From NCBI GenBank assembly GCA_001781095.1, contig MFKU01000014.1:1-59528 (forward strand): 59,528 nucleotides of DNA, given 5' to 3'. Below, one piece after another: positions 35,823-44,843 of this stretch. The stretch comes from Candidatus Kaiserbacteria bacterium RIFCSPHIGHO2_01_FULL_53_31. Its GTDB lineage: Bacteria > Patescibacteriota > Minisyncoccia > Phycocordibacterales > Phycocordibacteraceae. The position numbers and the translations under genes are program-made. Position 1 is the stretch's first letter, and the number at the start of each line of letters is the position of its first letter. The notes beneath the pieces were generated by a model, which saw only the letters and a list, made by a program, of their open reading frames with translations, did no database searches and had not been told where the DNA came from.

Positions 35823-35857
35823 CAGGGAAGGCATACCTAAAGTAGTATATTGGTATG
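35819..35857 (+). promoter_or_regulatory. TA promoter with operator-like inverted repeat
   Basis: TTGACA (35819) - 18 bp - TAGTAT (35843). The inverted repeat CATACC/GGTATG (35832/35852) overlaps the antitoxin ATG. Confidence 0.55.
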
Positions 35858-36130
35858 AATACGAAGACAACCATCACCATCAAAACCGACAAGAAGTTGC
35901 GTGACGCAGCGAAGCGCACGGCCATGAAATTGGGCATTCCACTCTCAACCGTGATGAATGCCCAACTTGCGCAATTCGTCTCCGAAGGGCGTTTTGAGGT
36001 GTCGCTCACTCCCCGTCCTGAAAGGGTACGAGCATGGGAACGCATAAGTGAAGAAATGGATCAACACCCGGAGCGCTATAAAGTGTTTACGAATGCCGAT
36101 GACTTGCTTGTTGATCTCGGTCTCGCATGA
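35855..36130 (+). CDS. RelB/DinJ-like ribbon-helix-helix antitoxin
   Basis: TTITIKTDKKLRDAAKRTAMKLGIPLSTVMN RHH pattern; ATGA overlap with the toxin. Confidence 0.8.
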   Translation: MNTKTTITIKTDKKLRDAAKRTAMKLGIPLSTVMNAQLAQFVSEGRFEVSLTPRPERVRAWERISEEMDQHPERYKVFTNADDLLVDLGLA

Positions 36131-36390
36131 TCATTGTCTACGCGTCCAGCTTTAAAAAGCAGATTCGCCACTTGCCTCCGGGGATCAAACGGGCACTGTC
36201 TGAACGATTGCGTCTGTTCGTGGACATGCCATACCACCCATTACTCGACAATCACGTATTGAAGGGAGATCGCCGCGGATACCGTAGCATCAATATCACC
36301 GGTGACTGGAGAGTTATCTATGAATATGTTGACGCAACAAACGTACGACTCATCGAAATAGGCACGCACCACGATCTGTACGGTACCTAG
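36127..36390 (+). CDS. RelE/YafQ family mRNA interferase toxin
   Basis: SSFKKQ, LDNHVLKG, RSINITGDWRVIY, IGTHHDLY. Confidence 0.88.
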   Translation: MIIVYASSFKKQIRHLPPGIKRALSERLRLFVDMPYHPLLDNHVLKGDRRGYRSINITGDWRVIYEYVDATNVRLIEIGTHHDLYGT

Positions 36391-37538
36391 CCGAGTGCTT
36401 CGATGCCGGGCAGGGTGCCGCCGTGCGCTAGGAATTCGAGCATGGCGCCACCGCCCGTAGACACGAAGGAGAATTGAGACAGGAGCCCGAGTTTCTCGAT
36501 CGAGGCGACCGTGTCGCCACCACCGATGGTGGAATCGGTGCTGGACGAAGCAACGGCGCGCGCGACCATATTCGTAGCATCAGCAAATCCATTTTCGTAA
36601 TTCCCAAGGGGACCGTTCCAGAGAATCGACTTCGCCCTGCGTATAAGCTCGCCGAGAAGGACCGTTGTTGCCGGCCCGACATCAAGAATAATCTCGTCGG
36701 AACGCACTTCCTCCACCAATGCAACACGAGCGTGTGAACGCGCGTCTGCGCTCGCGAGGGCGCTTTCCGGAACCACGAGAATGTCGATCGGCAGAACGAG
36801 TTTCGGGTTCGAGAGGAGTTCTTTAATTTGCGCTGAACCGCCGCTGCCGACGAGGGACTTCCCCACCACGTGTCCCGCCCCTTTGAGGAAATCGCTTGCA
36901 AGCGCGCCACCGACAAATACGCGGTCGTAGGTCGCGATGAGCGCGCGGAGCACTGGTTCCTTGGTAGAGAATTTAGCGCCGCCGATGATCGCAAGCGCGG
37001 GGTGCGTCGGTGTGCGTGCTCTCGTGAGCGCCGCGACTTCTTCTTCGAGGAGGATGCCGGCATACGAGGGAAGAATCTTTGGTAGACGGACGATAGATGC
37101 GTGCGTACGGTGGCAGGTATCGAAGGAATCTTCCACGAATACATCGCCGAGTGCAGCGAGCTCATGCGCAAACGTCACGTCGTTCATTACTTCCCCGCGG
37201 TTACGACGCAAGTTTTCAAGAACGAGCACTTTCCCCGGCATAAGATCGCGAACAGCCGCGCGCGTGGAAGCACCGATCGTTTCTGGAAAGAATGAGACAC
37301 CGGGCAATAATTTTCTAAGTGCATCTGCAACGGGCGCCAGTGTTTCTGTACCCTTCTGACCAAGGTGACTTATGAGTACGACGCGTGCACCGCGCTGAGT
37401 CAAATAGCGGATCGTCGGTATCGTACGACGCAAGCGATACTCGTCGGCGATGACGCAATGTTCCGTCGGCACGTTTAGCGTGGCGCGGACCAGTATGGGG
37501 ATATTCTCGAAGAGTCCGATGTCTCGAACGAAGCGCAT
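36387..37538 (-). CDS. pgk: Phosphoglycerate kinase
   Basis: ISHLG, LENLR, HRTHAS, GGAKFSTK, WNGPLG, GGGDT, STGGGA. Confidence 0.95.
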   Translation of the reverse strand: MRFVRDIGLFENIPILVRATLNVPTEHCVIADEYRLRRTIPTIRYLTQRGARVVLISHLGQKGTETLAPVADALRKLLPGVSFFPETIGASTRAAVRDLMPGKVLVLENLRRNRGEVMNDVTFAHELAALGDVFVEDSFDTCHRTHASIVRLPKILPSYAGILLEEEVAALTRARTPTHPALAIIGGAKFSTKEPVLRALIATYDRVFVGGALASDFLKGAGHVVGKSLVGSGGSAQIKELLSNPKLVLPIDILVVPESALASADARSHARVALVEEVRSDEIILDVGPATTVLLGELIRRAKSILWNGPLGNYENGFADATNMVARAVASSSTDSTIGGGDTVASIEKLGLLSQFSFVSTGGGAMLEFLAHGGTLPGIEALG

Positions 37539-37539
37539 G

Positions 37540-38286
37540 CTAGGAGATCTCCTTGATCAGTTGGCTGAACGTCTTTGGATCGATTGAGGCATGGCCAATG
37601 AGAAATCCGTCGACGCCGGAACTGGCTGCGAGGTCACGAATATTGGCCGGTTCGACCGAGCCGCCGTAGAGCACGAGCGTATGAGCAGAGCTTTTGCCGG
37701 GGAGAAATTCGGCGAGCACTTTGCGTATGTAGAGCACTATTTCGCATAGATCATCCGCGTGAATGGCGAGCGCAGCCGTTTTCTCAATCGCCCATTCTGG
37801 TTCGTAGGCCACAATGACCTTGCGCCGCTCTTTCGGAGAGAGCGATTTTATAGCGAGGGTCAGCTCTTCTCTTAGAAAGGAGAGGTAGCGGCCTTCAGTG
37901 TCACGCTCCTTCTCGCCGATACAGAGAATAGGTACGAGTCCATGGGCGAGCGCGTGCGCCAGCTTCTCGGCGATGACCGCGTTAGAATCGCCGGCGGCGC
38001 GACGTTCCGAGTGCCCGATGATTGCATAAACAGCGCCCGCGGCAGCGTACACCTGCGCAGTCACTTCACCGGTTTGCGCGCCGCCTGTCGTCGCCGAGAT
38101 ATCTTGGGCTGCGAAGAGAATGGGTGAGGAGTTCCCGAGCGCGAGAGCGCCGAGGAGAACAGACGGCGGCGCAAGTACGACGGTTGTCGTTCTCTGTCCT
38201 CGCACGAGTCGTTTGCCAAGCGAGAAGAGCTCCTTCGCTCTCTTAATATCCTCGACGTACGCTTTCCAGTTAGCAACGAGTAACAT
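37540..38286 (-). CDS. tpiA: Triosephosphate isomerase
   Basis: VANWK, GHSERR, AYEPEWAI, LYGGSV, DGFLIGHAS. Confidence 0.95.
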   Translation of the reverse strand: MLLVANWKAYVEDIKRAKELFSLGKRLVRGQRTTTVVLAPPSVLLGALALGNSSPILFAAQDISATTGGAQTGEVTAQVYAAAGAVYAIIGHSERRAAGDSNAVIAEKLAHALAHGLVPILCIGEKERDTEGRYLSFLREELTLAIKSLSPKERRKVIVAYEPEWAIEKTAALAIHADDLCEIVLYIRKVLAEFLPGKSSAHTLVLYGGSVEPANIRDLAASSGVDGFLIGHASIDPKTFSQLIKEIS

Positions 38287-38337
38287 ATATGAAGTATACC
38301 AGCCCATTCCGGCCTTCTCGCTTGCTATACTACGCGT

Positions 38338-38724
38338 GTGATTCGTACATTTAAAGAACGCGGATTTACGTTAATCGAGATATTGGTTGCGCTTTTCATT
38401 CTGTCGCTGACCGTTGTCTTCGCGACGCTCATCATCGGATCAATTAAGATAGTTGGGGATGCAAAATATGAAAATGTGGCCTTCCGCATCGCGAACAACA
38501 AGCTTGATGAGCTCCGTGCCGGAGGATACGATGCATTGTCTGCGGGTGGTCCGTTTGTCGACGACGAGCTTGCTAATCTGCCCCAAGGATCGGCGAGTAC
38601 GAGCATCACCATCCTTAACGAACAGACCAAGCAGGTAATGTCGGGCGTTTCGTGGCGCGGCGCAGACGGCATCACACGCGTCGCCTCGCTCACGACCTTG
38701 GTGACCGAATTTGGCGGCCTATAG
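38338..38724 (+). CDS. Type IV minor pilin (PilV-like)
   Basis: Class III signal ERG|FTLIEILVAL. Confidence 0.85.
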   Translation: MIRTFKERGFTLIEILVALFILSLTVVFATLIIGSIKIVGDAKYENVAFRIANNKLDELRAGGYDALSAGGPFVDDELANLPQGSASTSITILNEQTKQVMSGVSWRGADGITRVASLTTLVTEFGGL

Positions 38725-38726
38725 AT

Positions 38727-39275
38727 ATGTTGCGAGGCGTAACCTTAATCGAGATAGTGATCACCGTGGCGATTTCCGCTATTCTTATGCTCGCCATAAC
38801 GCAACTCTATGTGATGTATGGGCGCGTTATCGAATCGCAGCAAGCATCGATCGAAATGATGCTCGGCGGGAGCAGTATCATGGACACCGCGCGTGCCGCA
38901 GGCCTCCAAGCTGGACAGGTTGTCGCTTCGCATTCCTTCTCCGGCACAACCTACGCAACGGGCGCTACAACGGTCGTTTTTGAACTTCCTGCCGTCGATA
39001 TCTCGGGAGGTATAGTTCCTGGTGCATACGATTATATTGCGGTTTTTTCTTCCGGTTCCAATGTGTACCGTCTGGTCGATGCAGCCGCCGAAAGCGCGCG
39101 TATTTCAGAACAAACACTTTTGACGGACGTGCTCGGCGCACTCAGTTTTAGCTATGACAACCCTGACTTTCCTTCCGCGACACGGGTGACGGTCGATGCG
39201 ACAACCAGCATACGCGTGCGAGGTGTGGCAGCCGAGGCGCATTTCTATGAACAAATTTATCTTCGAAATATATGA
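38727..39275 (+). CDS. Type IV minor pilin (PilW-like)
   Basis: MLRG|VTLIEIVITVAI prepilin motif. Confidence 0.8.
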   Translation: MLRGVTLIEIVITVAISAILMLAITQLYVMYGRVIESQQASIEMMLGGSSIMDTARAAGLQAGQVVASHSFSGTTYATGATTVVFELPAVDISGGIVPGAYDYIAVFSSGSNVYRLVDAAAESARISEQTLLTDVLGALSFSYDNPDFPSATRVTVDATTSIRVRGVAAEAHFYEQIYLRNI

Positions 39276-41038
39276 TGCGGAACCACGAAGCGTATAAACG
39301 CGGTTATATCCTTCTCGTCGTCCTTGTCGTTAGTGCCGTCGTTATCGCAATTACAAGCGGTTTTTTCAATTATTACGGGAGCGCAGTTTATTCTGAGCGC
39401 CACGCATTCGCTTCAGCGCGAGCACTCGCGCTCGCAGAGGCGGGTATTGATAAGGCCGTGTATGAGCTCAATCAGGATGCGGATTACTCGGGAGAAAGCG
39501 ATACTGTTCTTGGCGCGGGTTCCTTCAGCGTCTCGGTCGCGAGCATCGATGGCAATACAAAACGCTTGACCGTCACCGGTTTCGCCCCGAACAGCGCTAA
39601 CCCAATCGCCACCAAAGTCGTCAAAGCGACCGTCAGCATAAATTCGTCCGTCGTGTCGTTTCGTTACGGGGTCCAGGTCGGGCAAGGAGGAGTTAGTATG
39701 AGCAACGGTTCGCGCATTGAAGGAAATCTATTTTCCAATGGCAGCGTTACCGGCAGCGGCACCATATCGGGCGATGTTACCGTGGCGGTGAGCACAGATC
39801 CTATTGCCAATCAACAGTGGACGGTACAAAACACGGGCTTCAAAATTGGAGACATCGCCGCACACGCCGACGTAGCGCAGTCGTTTAAGCCTTCAGTAAG
39901 CGCGTCGCTCGCGGGAATCAGTCTGCAACTTAAAAAGACGGGGAGCCCAGGCGATATCACGATTAAGATCGTGAACGACATTGGCAGCAAACCAGGATCG
40001 ACCGTACTTGCGAGCGGCGTTATCCCCGCATCACTCATAACTTCTGCATACGGCTTTGCCGACGTTACTCTTGATGCTTCTCCTACAGTCACATCGGGAA
40101 CAACCTATTGGATTATTGCGATCGCAGCCGTGAGTGTGAACGATTATTTCATGTGGGGGCAAGATAGCGGCGGCGGTTACAGCAGAGGTGTTGCGAAATA
40201 CAGCAGCAATTGGAACGCACCGAGTCCGTCATGGAATAATATCACAGGCGATTTAGATTTTAGGATGTTCGTGAACGGAATAGCTACGACATTGAGCGGG
40301 ATAACGGTAGGCGGAGATGCATGGGCGCATACCCTGTCAAGCTGCACCGTCGGTGGCGATGCCTCGTATCAGACCATTTCGAATTGTGATGTAACCGGAA
40401 CGGAAAATCCCGGAACAGATCCGGCGACGCCAGTGCCGCTTCCTATTTCTGAGGCGCAAATTGCAGAGTGGGAGGCCACTGCCGAAGCCGGAGGCACATT
40501 GCCCGGCCCCTATTCATATGAGGGTACTCGGACATTGGGTCCGGTGAAGATAGATGGCGATCTTACCGTGACGAATGGCGCCTCGCTCATTTTGACCGGC
40601 CCGGTGTGGGTACGAGGCAACGTGACGTTCTCTAACAACGCTGTTCTTACCGTTTCGCAAAGTACCGGCAACAGCGGGGCGGTCATCATCGCCGACGCAA
40701 CCGGAAATACGAACGTTAAAGGCATCGTTAATCTTTCTAACAACGTCATTGTCAGCGGCAACGGAGAAGAAAATAGTTTCCCGATGATACTTACCACGAA
40801 TACCGGATCAAACGCGGTTGAACTATCAAACAATGCAGTCGGCGTTATCCTGTACGCGCCCTACGGATCTGCCGAAATCAGCAATGGCACGCACGCGACC
40901 CAAGTGACGGCGAAGAGTCTTGAATTGGAGAACAACGCAGTCGTCAGCTATGACAATGGACTGCAGAACGCAAGCTTCTCTAATGGACCGGGTGCGTCGT
41001 GGGCGGTCGTTTCCGGCACCTACGCAATCACGCAGTGA
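39272..41038 (+). CDS. PilX-like pilin with large adhesin-like beta-rich C-terminus
   Basis: KRG|YILLVVLV (no E5), ALALAEAGIDKA PilX motif, VAQSF..YWI module and beta-helix-like repeats. Confidence 0.75.
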   Translation: MMRNHEAYKRGYILLVVLVVSAVVIAITSGFFNYYGSAVYSERHAFASARALALAEAGIDKAVYELNQDADYSGESDTVLGAGSFSVSVASIDGNTKRLTVTGFAPNSANPIATKVVKATVSINSSVVSFRYGVQVGQGGVSMSNGSRIEGNLFSNGSVTGSGTISGDVTVAVSTDPIANQQWTVQNTGFKIGDIAAHADVAQSFKPSVSASLAGISLQLKKTGSPGDITIKIVNDIGSKPGSTVLASGVIPASLITSAYGFADVTLDASPTVTSGTTYWIIAIAAVSVNDYFMWGQDSGGGYSRGVAKYSSNWNAPSPSWNNITGDLDFRMFVNGIATTLSGITVGGDAWAHTLSSCTVGGDASYQTISNCDVTGTENPGTDPATPVPLPISEAQIAEWEATAEAGGTLPGPYSYEGTRTLGPVKIDGDLTVTNGASLILTGPVWVRGNVTFSNNAVLTVSQSTGNSGAVIIADATGNTNVKGIVNLSNNVIVSGNGEENSFPMILTTNTGSNAVELSNNAVGVILYAPYGSAEISNGTHATQVTAKSLELENNAVVSYDNGLQNASFSNGPGASWAVVSGTYAITQ

Positions 41039-42256
41039 TCAAATTGCCGAGGAGAGCGAGTAGATAGGCGAGATCATCGAAACGGCGAAGATGCCGACCA
41101 CCCCGCCGATAAGGAGCATCAAGACCGGCTCGATAATAGTCGAGAGATCTTTTGTCTTCTCGGACACATCTTCTTCGTAGAATTCGGCAACCTGTTTCAA
41201 CATCGGTGCGACCTTCCCTGTTTCCTCGCCGACCGAGAGCATCTCGCTCATAAGTATGGGGTAAATCTTTGTATGTTCTGCAAATGCTATCGACAGTGGC
41301 TCTCCTTTTTTGACTCGTTCCTCGGCTTCTTCAATGACGCGAGCGAAGGCATTGTCACGAACCACTTCCTTGGTAATCGAAAGTGCGTTCAGCACCGGAA
41401 CGCCGGCAGAGAGGAGCGAAGAGAGCGTGCGCGCGGTGCGCGCCGCAAATGTCTCGCGAATGAGTTCGCCCACAACCGGCACATAAAGTGCGCCGGCGAG
41501 TACGATCGCACTGCCCCGCCGCGAACGGACGAAGGCGATAGTTCCCACTACAAACGCGATAAGTGCGGCGAAGACAAATGGCGCGTACGCCACCATGAAG
41601 TTTGAAAGCGAAATGAACAGTTTTGTCGCGGTTGGCAAAGGCACCTTAAGTTCGGTGAAGGTCTTGGTCAGCGTTGGCACGACATAGATAAGCATGAGAA
41701 TGCTGACGATCAGAATTGCCGTGATGATGATGAACGGATAGATCATTGCGCCCTTTATTTTCCGCGTTAGCGCTTCGGCGCGTTCCATCTGAAGCCCGAC
41801 GACCGCAAGTGAGTCAGACAGTGATCCTGATTCCTCGCCAGCGCGCACCATCGCGGTCAGTATTCCCGGGAACACCTTGGGATAACTAGTGAGCGCCTCG
41901 TGGAATGAGGACCCTTTTTTAATCGATTCAGAAATATTGGTAACGACCGCTTTCAGATGCTTATTCCCGGTCTGTCGTTCGATAACGGAGAGCGCACGAG
42001 CGAGCGAGAGTCCGGCGGAGAGCATCGTAGCGAGATTTTTCGCCATAAGACTCACATCGGAGCGCTTGATGCCGGTACCGAATATGCTGTAGGACAGCAG
42101 TTTTGAAAGACTTAAGTCCCATTTGTGCTCCGTAAGGTCGACTACGAACCCTCCCTCCTTCTGAACTTGTTCGTATACTTCGAAGCGCGACGCTGCGTCG
42201 ATGACGATCGTGCTGTCAGGCGCGCCCTCTTTGCGTATCGTGGTGCGGAATTTCAT
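41039..42256 (-). CDS. pilC: Type IV pilus inner-membrane platform protein PilC/GspF
   Basis: LATMLSAGL, AGEESGSL, KIKGAMIYP, GEETGK, IIEPVLM. Confidence 0.92.
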   Translation of the reverse strand: MKFRTTIRKEGAPDSTIVIDAASRFEVYEQVQKEGGFVVDLTEHKWDLSLSKLLSYSIFGTGIKRSDVSLMAKNLATMLSAGLSLARALSVIERQTGNKHLKAVVTNISESIKKGSSFHEALTSYPKVFPGILTAMVRAGEESGSLSDSLAVVGLQMERAEALTRKIKGAMIYPFIIITAILIVSILMLIYVVPTLTKTFTELKVPLPTATKLFISLSNFMVAYAPFVFAALIAFVVGTIAFVRSRRGSAIVLAGALYVPVVGELIRETFAARTARTLSSLLSAGVPVLNALSITKEVVRDNAFARVIEEAEERVKKGEPLSIAFAEHTKIYPILMSEMLSVGEETGKVAPMLKQVAEFYEEDVSEKTKDLSTIIEPVLMLLIGGVVGIFAVSMISPIYSLSSAI

Positions 42257-42257
42257 C

Positions 42258-44006
42258 TTATTCGGTTATCGCGCGCAGGACTTCTTCGATGCTTGTGATT
42301 CCGCGGGCAGCTTTATAGAGACCATCTTCGAACATCGTGAGCATGCCTTCCTTCTTGGCTTGCGCCTCAATCGAATCCGTTGTGCTGGTGTGGAGCATAA
42401 TCTCACGTATTGCAGGTGAGACCGCGAGCACCTCGTGAATACCGATGCGACTCTTGTAGCCGTCCTCGCTCTCGGTAGAGGGCGTGGGACGATAGAATCG
42501 CAAATCATTCACGGCCGCGTCCTCCTTCACTAGTTTTTCCGCACGGAGCGAGTTCAAAACAACATCGAACTCGGCGTCGCTCGCAATCTTCGCGCGCGCG
42601 ACCTTATCGAGCTCGTATTCTTTTTTGTTCTCGCAGAGCTTACGTACGAGCCGCTGCCCGACGATAACGCGAATAGTCGAAACGAGCAGAAAGGGCTCCA
42701 CGCCCATGTCGATAAGGCGCGGAATAGCGCCCGCGGCACTGTTGGTGTGGATGGTGGAGAGCACGAGATGGCCGGTGAGTGCGGCGTTTATAGCGAGCGA
42801 TGCCGTCTCGCTGTCGCGAATTTCGCCGACCATGATGATGTCCGGGTCCTGGCGCACGAGCGATCGAAGACCGTTCGCAAAGGTGAATCCGATGTCAGGA
42901 TTCACCTGGGTTTGATTGACGCGCTTCATCTGATATTCGATAGGATCTTCGACTGTGGAGATATTGACGTCCGGCCGATTCAGAATGTCGAGCATCGTGT
43001 AGAGCGTCGTCGTTTTCCCACTGCCCGTCGGTCCGGAGATGAGGATGATACCGGTGGTCTGTTGGAGCGCGTGATGTATGTGCTCCATATTTTCGCCATG
43101 GAGGCCAAGTGCTTCGAGCGTGAAGCCTTCGCCGGTCTCGCGCAGGAGACGCATTACTGTCTTCTCGCCATAGAACGTGGGCAGGATAGAAACGCGGAAT
43201 GAAACGCGGTCTGCCTCCGTTTCCATCTTGAATCGGCCGTCTTGCGGGAGGCGCTTCTCGTCGAGCTTTAAGTTCGCAAGTATCTTGATGCGCGCTACGA
43301 TGCCCGCCGCCGCGTTTTTTGGCAAGGTCATCGCGTCGTGGAGCATACCGTCGATGCGATACCGGACCAGCACCTCGTTTTCCATTGGTTCAATATGAAT
43401 GTCCGACGCACTTTGCGAGATCGCATGTCGTAGTAGTGTGTCGACGATGCGGACGATCGGCAAGTCCTCTGCCATTTTCTTCAGATCGTCGCCGGAGAGA
43501 TCTTTGGTTCCATCGGCGACGAGGCGAATCTTCCCCGCTTCAGTCGAGATGATGTCCCCGAACTCGTCCTTCAGGGATTTCTGATATTGCAGGAGCGAAT
43601 GTTTGATACTTTCGGAATCCGTCAGCCGTGGAAGTATCTTAAGCCCCGTCTTCTTGCGTACCGAATCGACTGAGGCGAGATCCTCGACATCGAGCATCGC
43701 GACTTCAAGCGAGTCGTTCCCCTTCTTGTAGGCGATGATGTTGTGCGTACGGGCGATTGGTTCCGGAATGAGGGCGAGGACTTCAATCGGCACGTGATGC
43801 TCCTTGAGATTAACGAACGGAATGCCGAACACATATGCCTGAATACGTCGTAGAGCATCATCGGTCAGTGATCCGCGCGAGACGAGGATGTCCGCGAGCG
43901 ACTGCCCTTTCTTCGTCGCTTCTTCTGCAGCAGCGTCGATATCTTTCTTTGCGACGAGGCCAGAGTCGATAATGAATTCTTTCAGCTGCCCTTCTGAAAC
44001 GTGCAT
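42258..44006 (-). CDS. pilB: Type IV pilus assembly ATPase PilB/GspE (copy 2)
   Basis: ASDIHIEP, RLPQDGRF, GPTGSGKTTT, RQDPDIIMVGEIRD; adjacent to pilC. Confidence 0.92.
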   Translation of the reverse strand: MHVSEGQLKEFIIDSGLVAKKDIDAAAEEATKKGQSLADILVSRGSLTDDALRRIQAYVFGIPFVNLKEHHVPIEVLALIPEPIARTHNIIAYKKGNDSLEVAMLDVEDLASVDSVRKKTGLKILPRLTDSESIKHSLLQYQKSLKDEFGDIISTEAGKIRLVADGTKDLSGDDLKKMAEDLPIVRIVDTLLRHAISQSASDIHIEPMENEVLVRYRIDGMLHDAMTLPKNAAAGIVARIKILANLKLDEKRLPQDGRFKMETEADRVSFRVSILPTFYGEKTVMRLLRETGEGFTLEALGLHGENMEHIHHALQQTTGIILISGPTGSGKTTTLYTMLDILNRPDVNISTVEDPIEYQMKRVNQTQVNPDIGFTFANGLRSLVRQDPDIIMVGEIRDSETASLAINAALTGHLVLSTIHTNSAAGAIPRLIDMGVEPFLLVSTIRVIVGQRLVRKLCENKKEYELDKVARAKIASDAEFDVVLNSLRAEKLVKEDAAVNDLRFYRPTPSTESEDGYKSRIGIHEVLAVSPAIREIMLHTSTTDSIEAQAKKEGMLTMFEDGLYKAARGITSIEEVLRAITE

Positions 44007-44051
44007 GGTGCACATAGTATAACGTGCATCGCTTCCTATACGACAATAAAT

Positions 44052-44088
44052 ACACACTGCGGCGCCCCGTAGGGGCGCCGCAGTGTGT
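44052..44088. terminator. Perfect 17-bp hairpin downstream of the HU gene
   Basis: ACACACTGCGGCGCCCC-GTA-GGGGCGCCGCAGTGTGT; only a weak U-tract on the minus strand. Confidence 0.5.
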
Positions 44089-44135
44089 CAACAGATTTAT
44101 TTAACCGCGAATGTGCCGCTCCGCCAGCTGGCGGA

Positions 44136-44408
44136 TTATTTTACGGCATCCTTCAATGCTTTTGCAGGGCGGAACTTTGCCGTGCGAGAAGCCGCGATAC
44201 GGATGGTCTCGCCGGTGCGAGGGTTGCGTCCTTCGCGCGCAGGGCGTGCCTTCGTCGCGAAGATGCCGAGGCCGGCGATCGAGACTTCGTCGCCGGACTT
44301 CAAGCTCGAGACGATTGAATCAATGACGGTTTCGACGGCGCGTTCTGCGTCGGCCTTGGTCGAGCCGAGAACACCATGGACCTTGTCGACAATGTCAGCT
44401 TTGTTCAT
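44136..44408 (-). CDS. hup: Histone-like DNA-binding protein HU
   Basis: MNKADIV..GLGIF..AREGRNPRTGETIRI..FRPAKALKDAV. Confidence 0.95.
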   Translation of the reverse strand: MNKADIVDKVHGVLGSTKADAERAVETVIDSIVSSLKSGDEVSIAGLGIFATKARPAREGRNPRTGETIRIAASRTAKFRPAKALKDAVK

Positions 44409-44542
44409 GAGTAAATCTTTAGTGATAAGTGCCCACCTCTGTGCTCCACTTAGGCGCTGCGCCCGACGTAGCCGAGCTCCGGCGAGGCGAAGGCGGGGGG
44501 CTGCGAAGAAGTATAGGAAATGAGCCATTTTGTGCAATAGGG

Positions 44543-44571
44543 TTGACAATAACATGTTGATACTGTATACT
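44543..44571 (+). promoter_or_regulatory. Near-consensus sigma70 promoter
   Basis: TTGACA (44543) - 17 bp - TATACT (44566). Confidence 0.7.
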
Positions 44572-44668
44572 CCCCCCGAATGGCATCGGTGGACAGCTCG
44601 CACATTACCGTCTGACAGGAGTACACTATCGGTGGAGCGCATGTTTTGTGGATAGGAAGGAGGCGAGA

Positions 44669-44773
44669 ATGTTAACCAGCATGTTGGTGGCCGTACTCGT
44701 CTGGCTTTTCGGGAAAAGGTGCCCAACCCCATCCTGTTCCTGTCCGCTTGGATGTGAACATCGAATCGGATGA
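44669..44773 (+). CDS. Unannotated 34-aa hydrophobic, Cys-rich micropeptide
   Basis: AGGAGG at 44658; MLTSMLVAVLVWLFGKRCPTPSCSCPLGCEHRIG; own promoter and downstream hairpin. Confidence 0.55.
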   Translation: MLTSMLVAVLVWLFGKRCPTPSCSCPLGCEHRIG

Positions 44774-44794
44774 GGGCATATCTCCTAGCGATCT

Positions 44795-44822
44795 AAGCCC
44801 CGACGCGCAAGCGCCGGGGCTT
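44795..44822. terminator. Hairpin between the micropeptide and the convergent rny gene
   Basis: AAGCCCCG-ACGC-GCAA-GCGC-CGGGGCTT. Confidence 0.6.
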
Positions 44823-44843
44823 CGAAGTTGTACGGATGAGAAA

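Noticed and set aside
44409-44732. N-terminal extension of HU in the 198-aa ORF call
   Set aside because: HU homology starts at MNKADIV (44408). The extension crosses hairpin repeats and an opposite-strand promoter.
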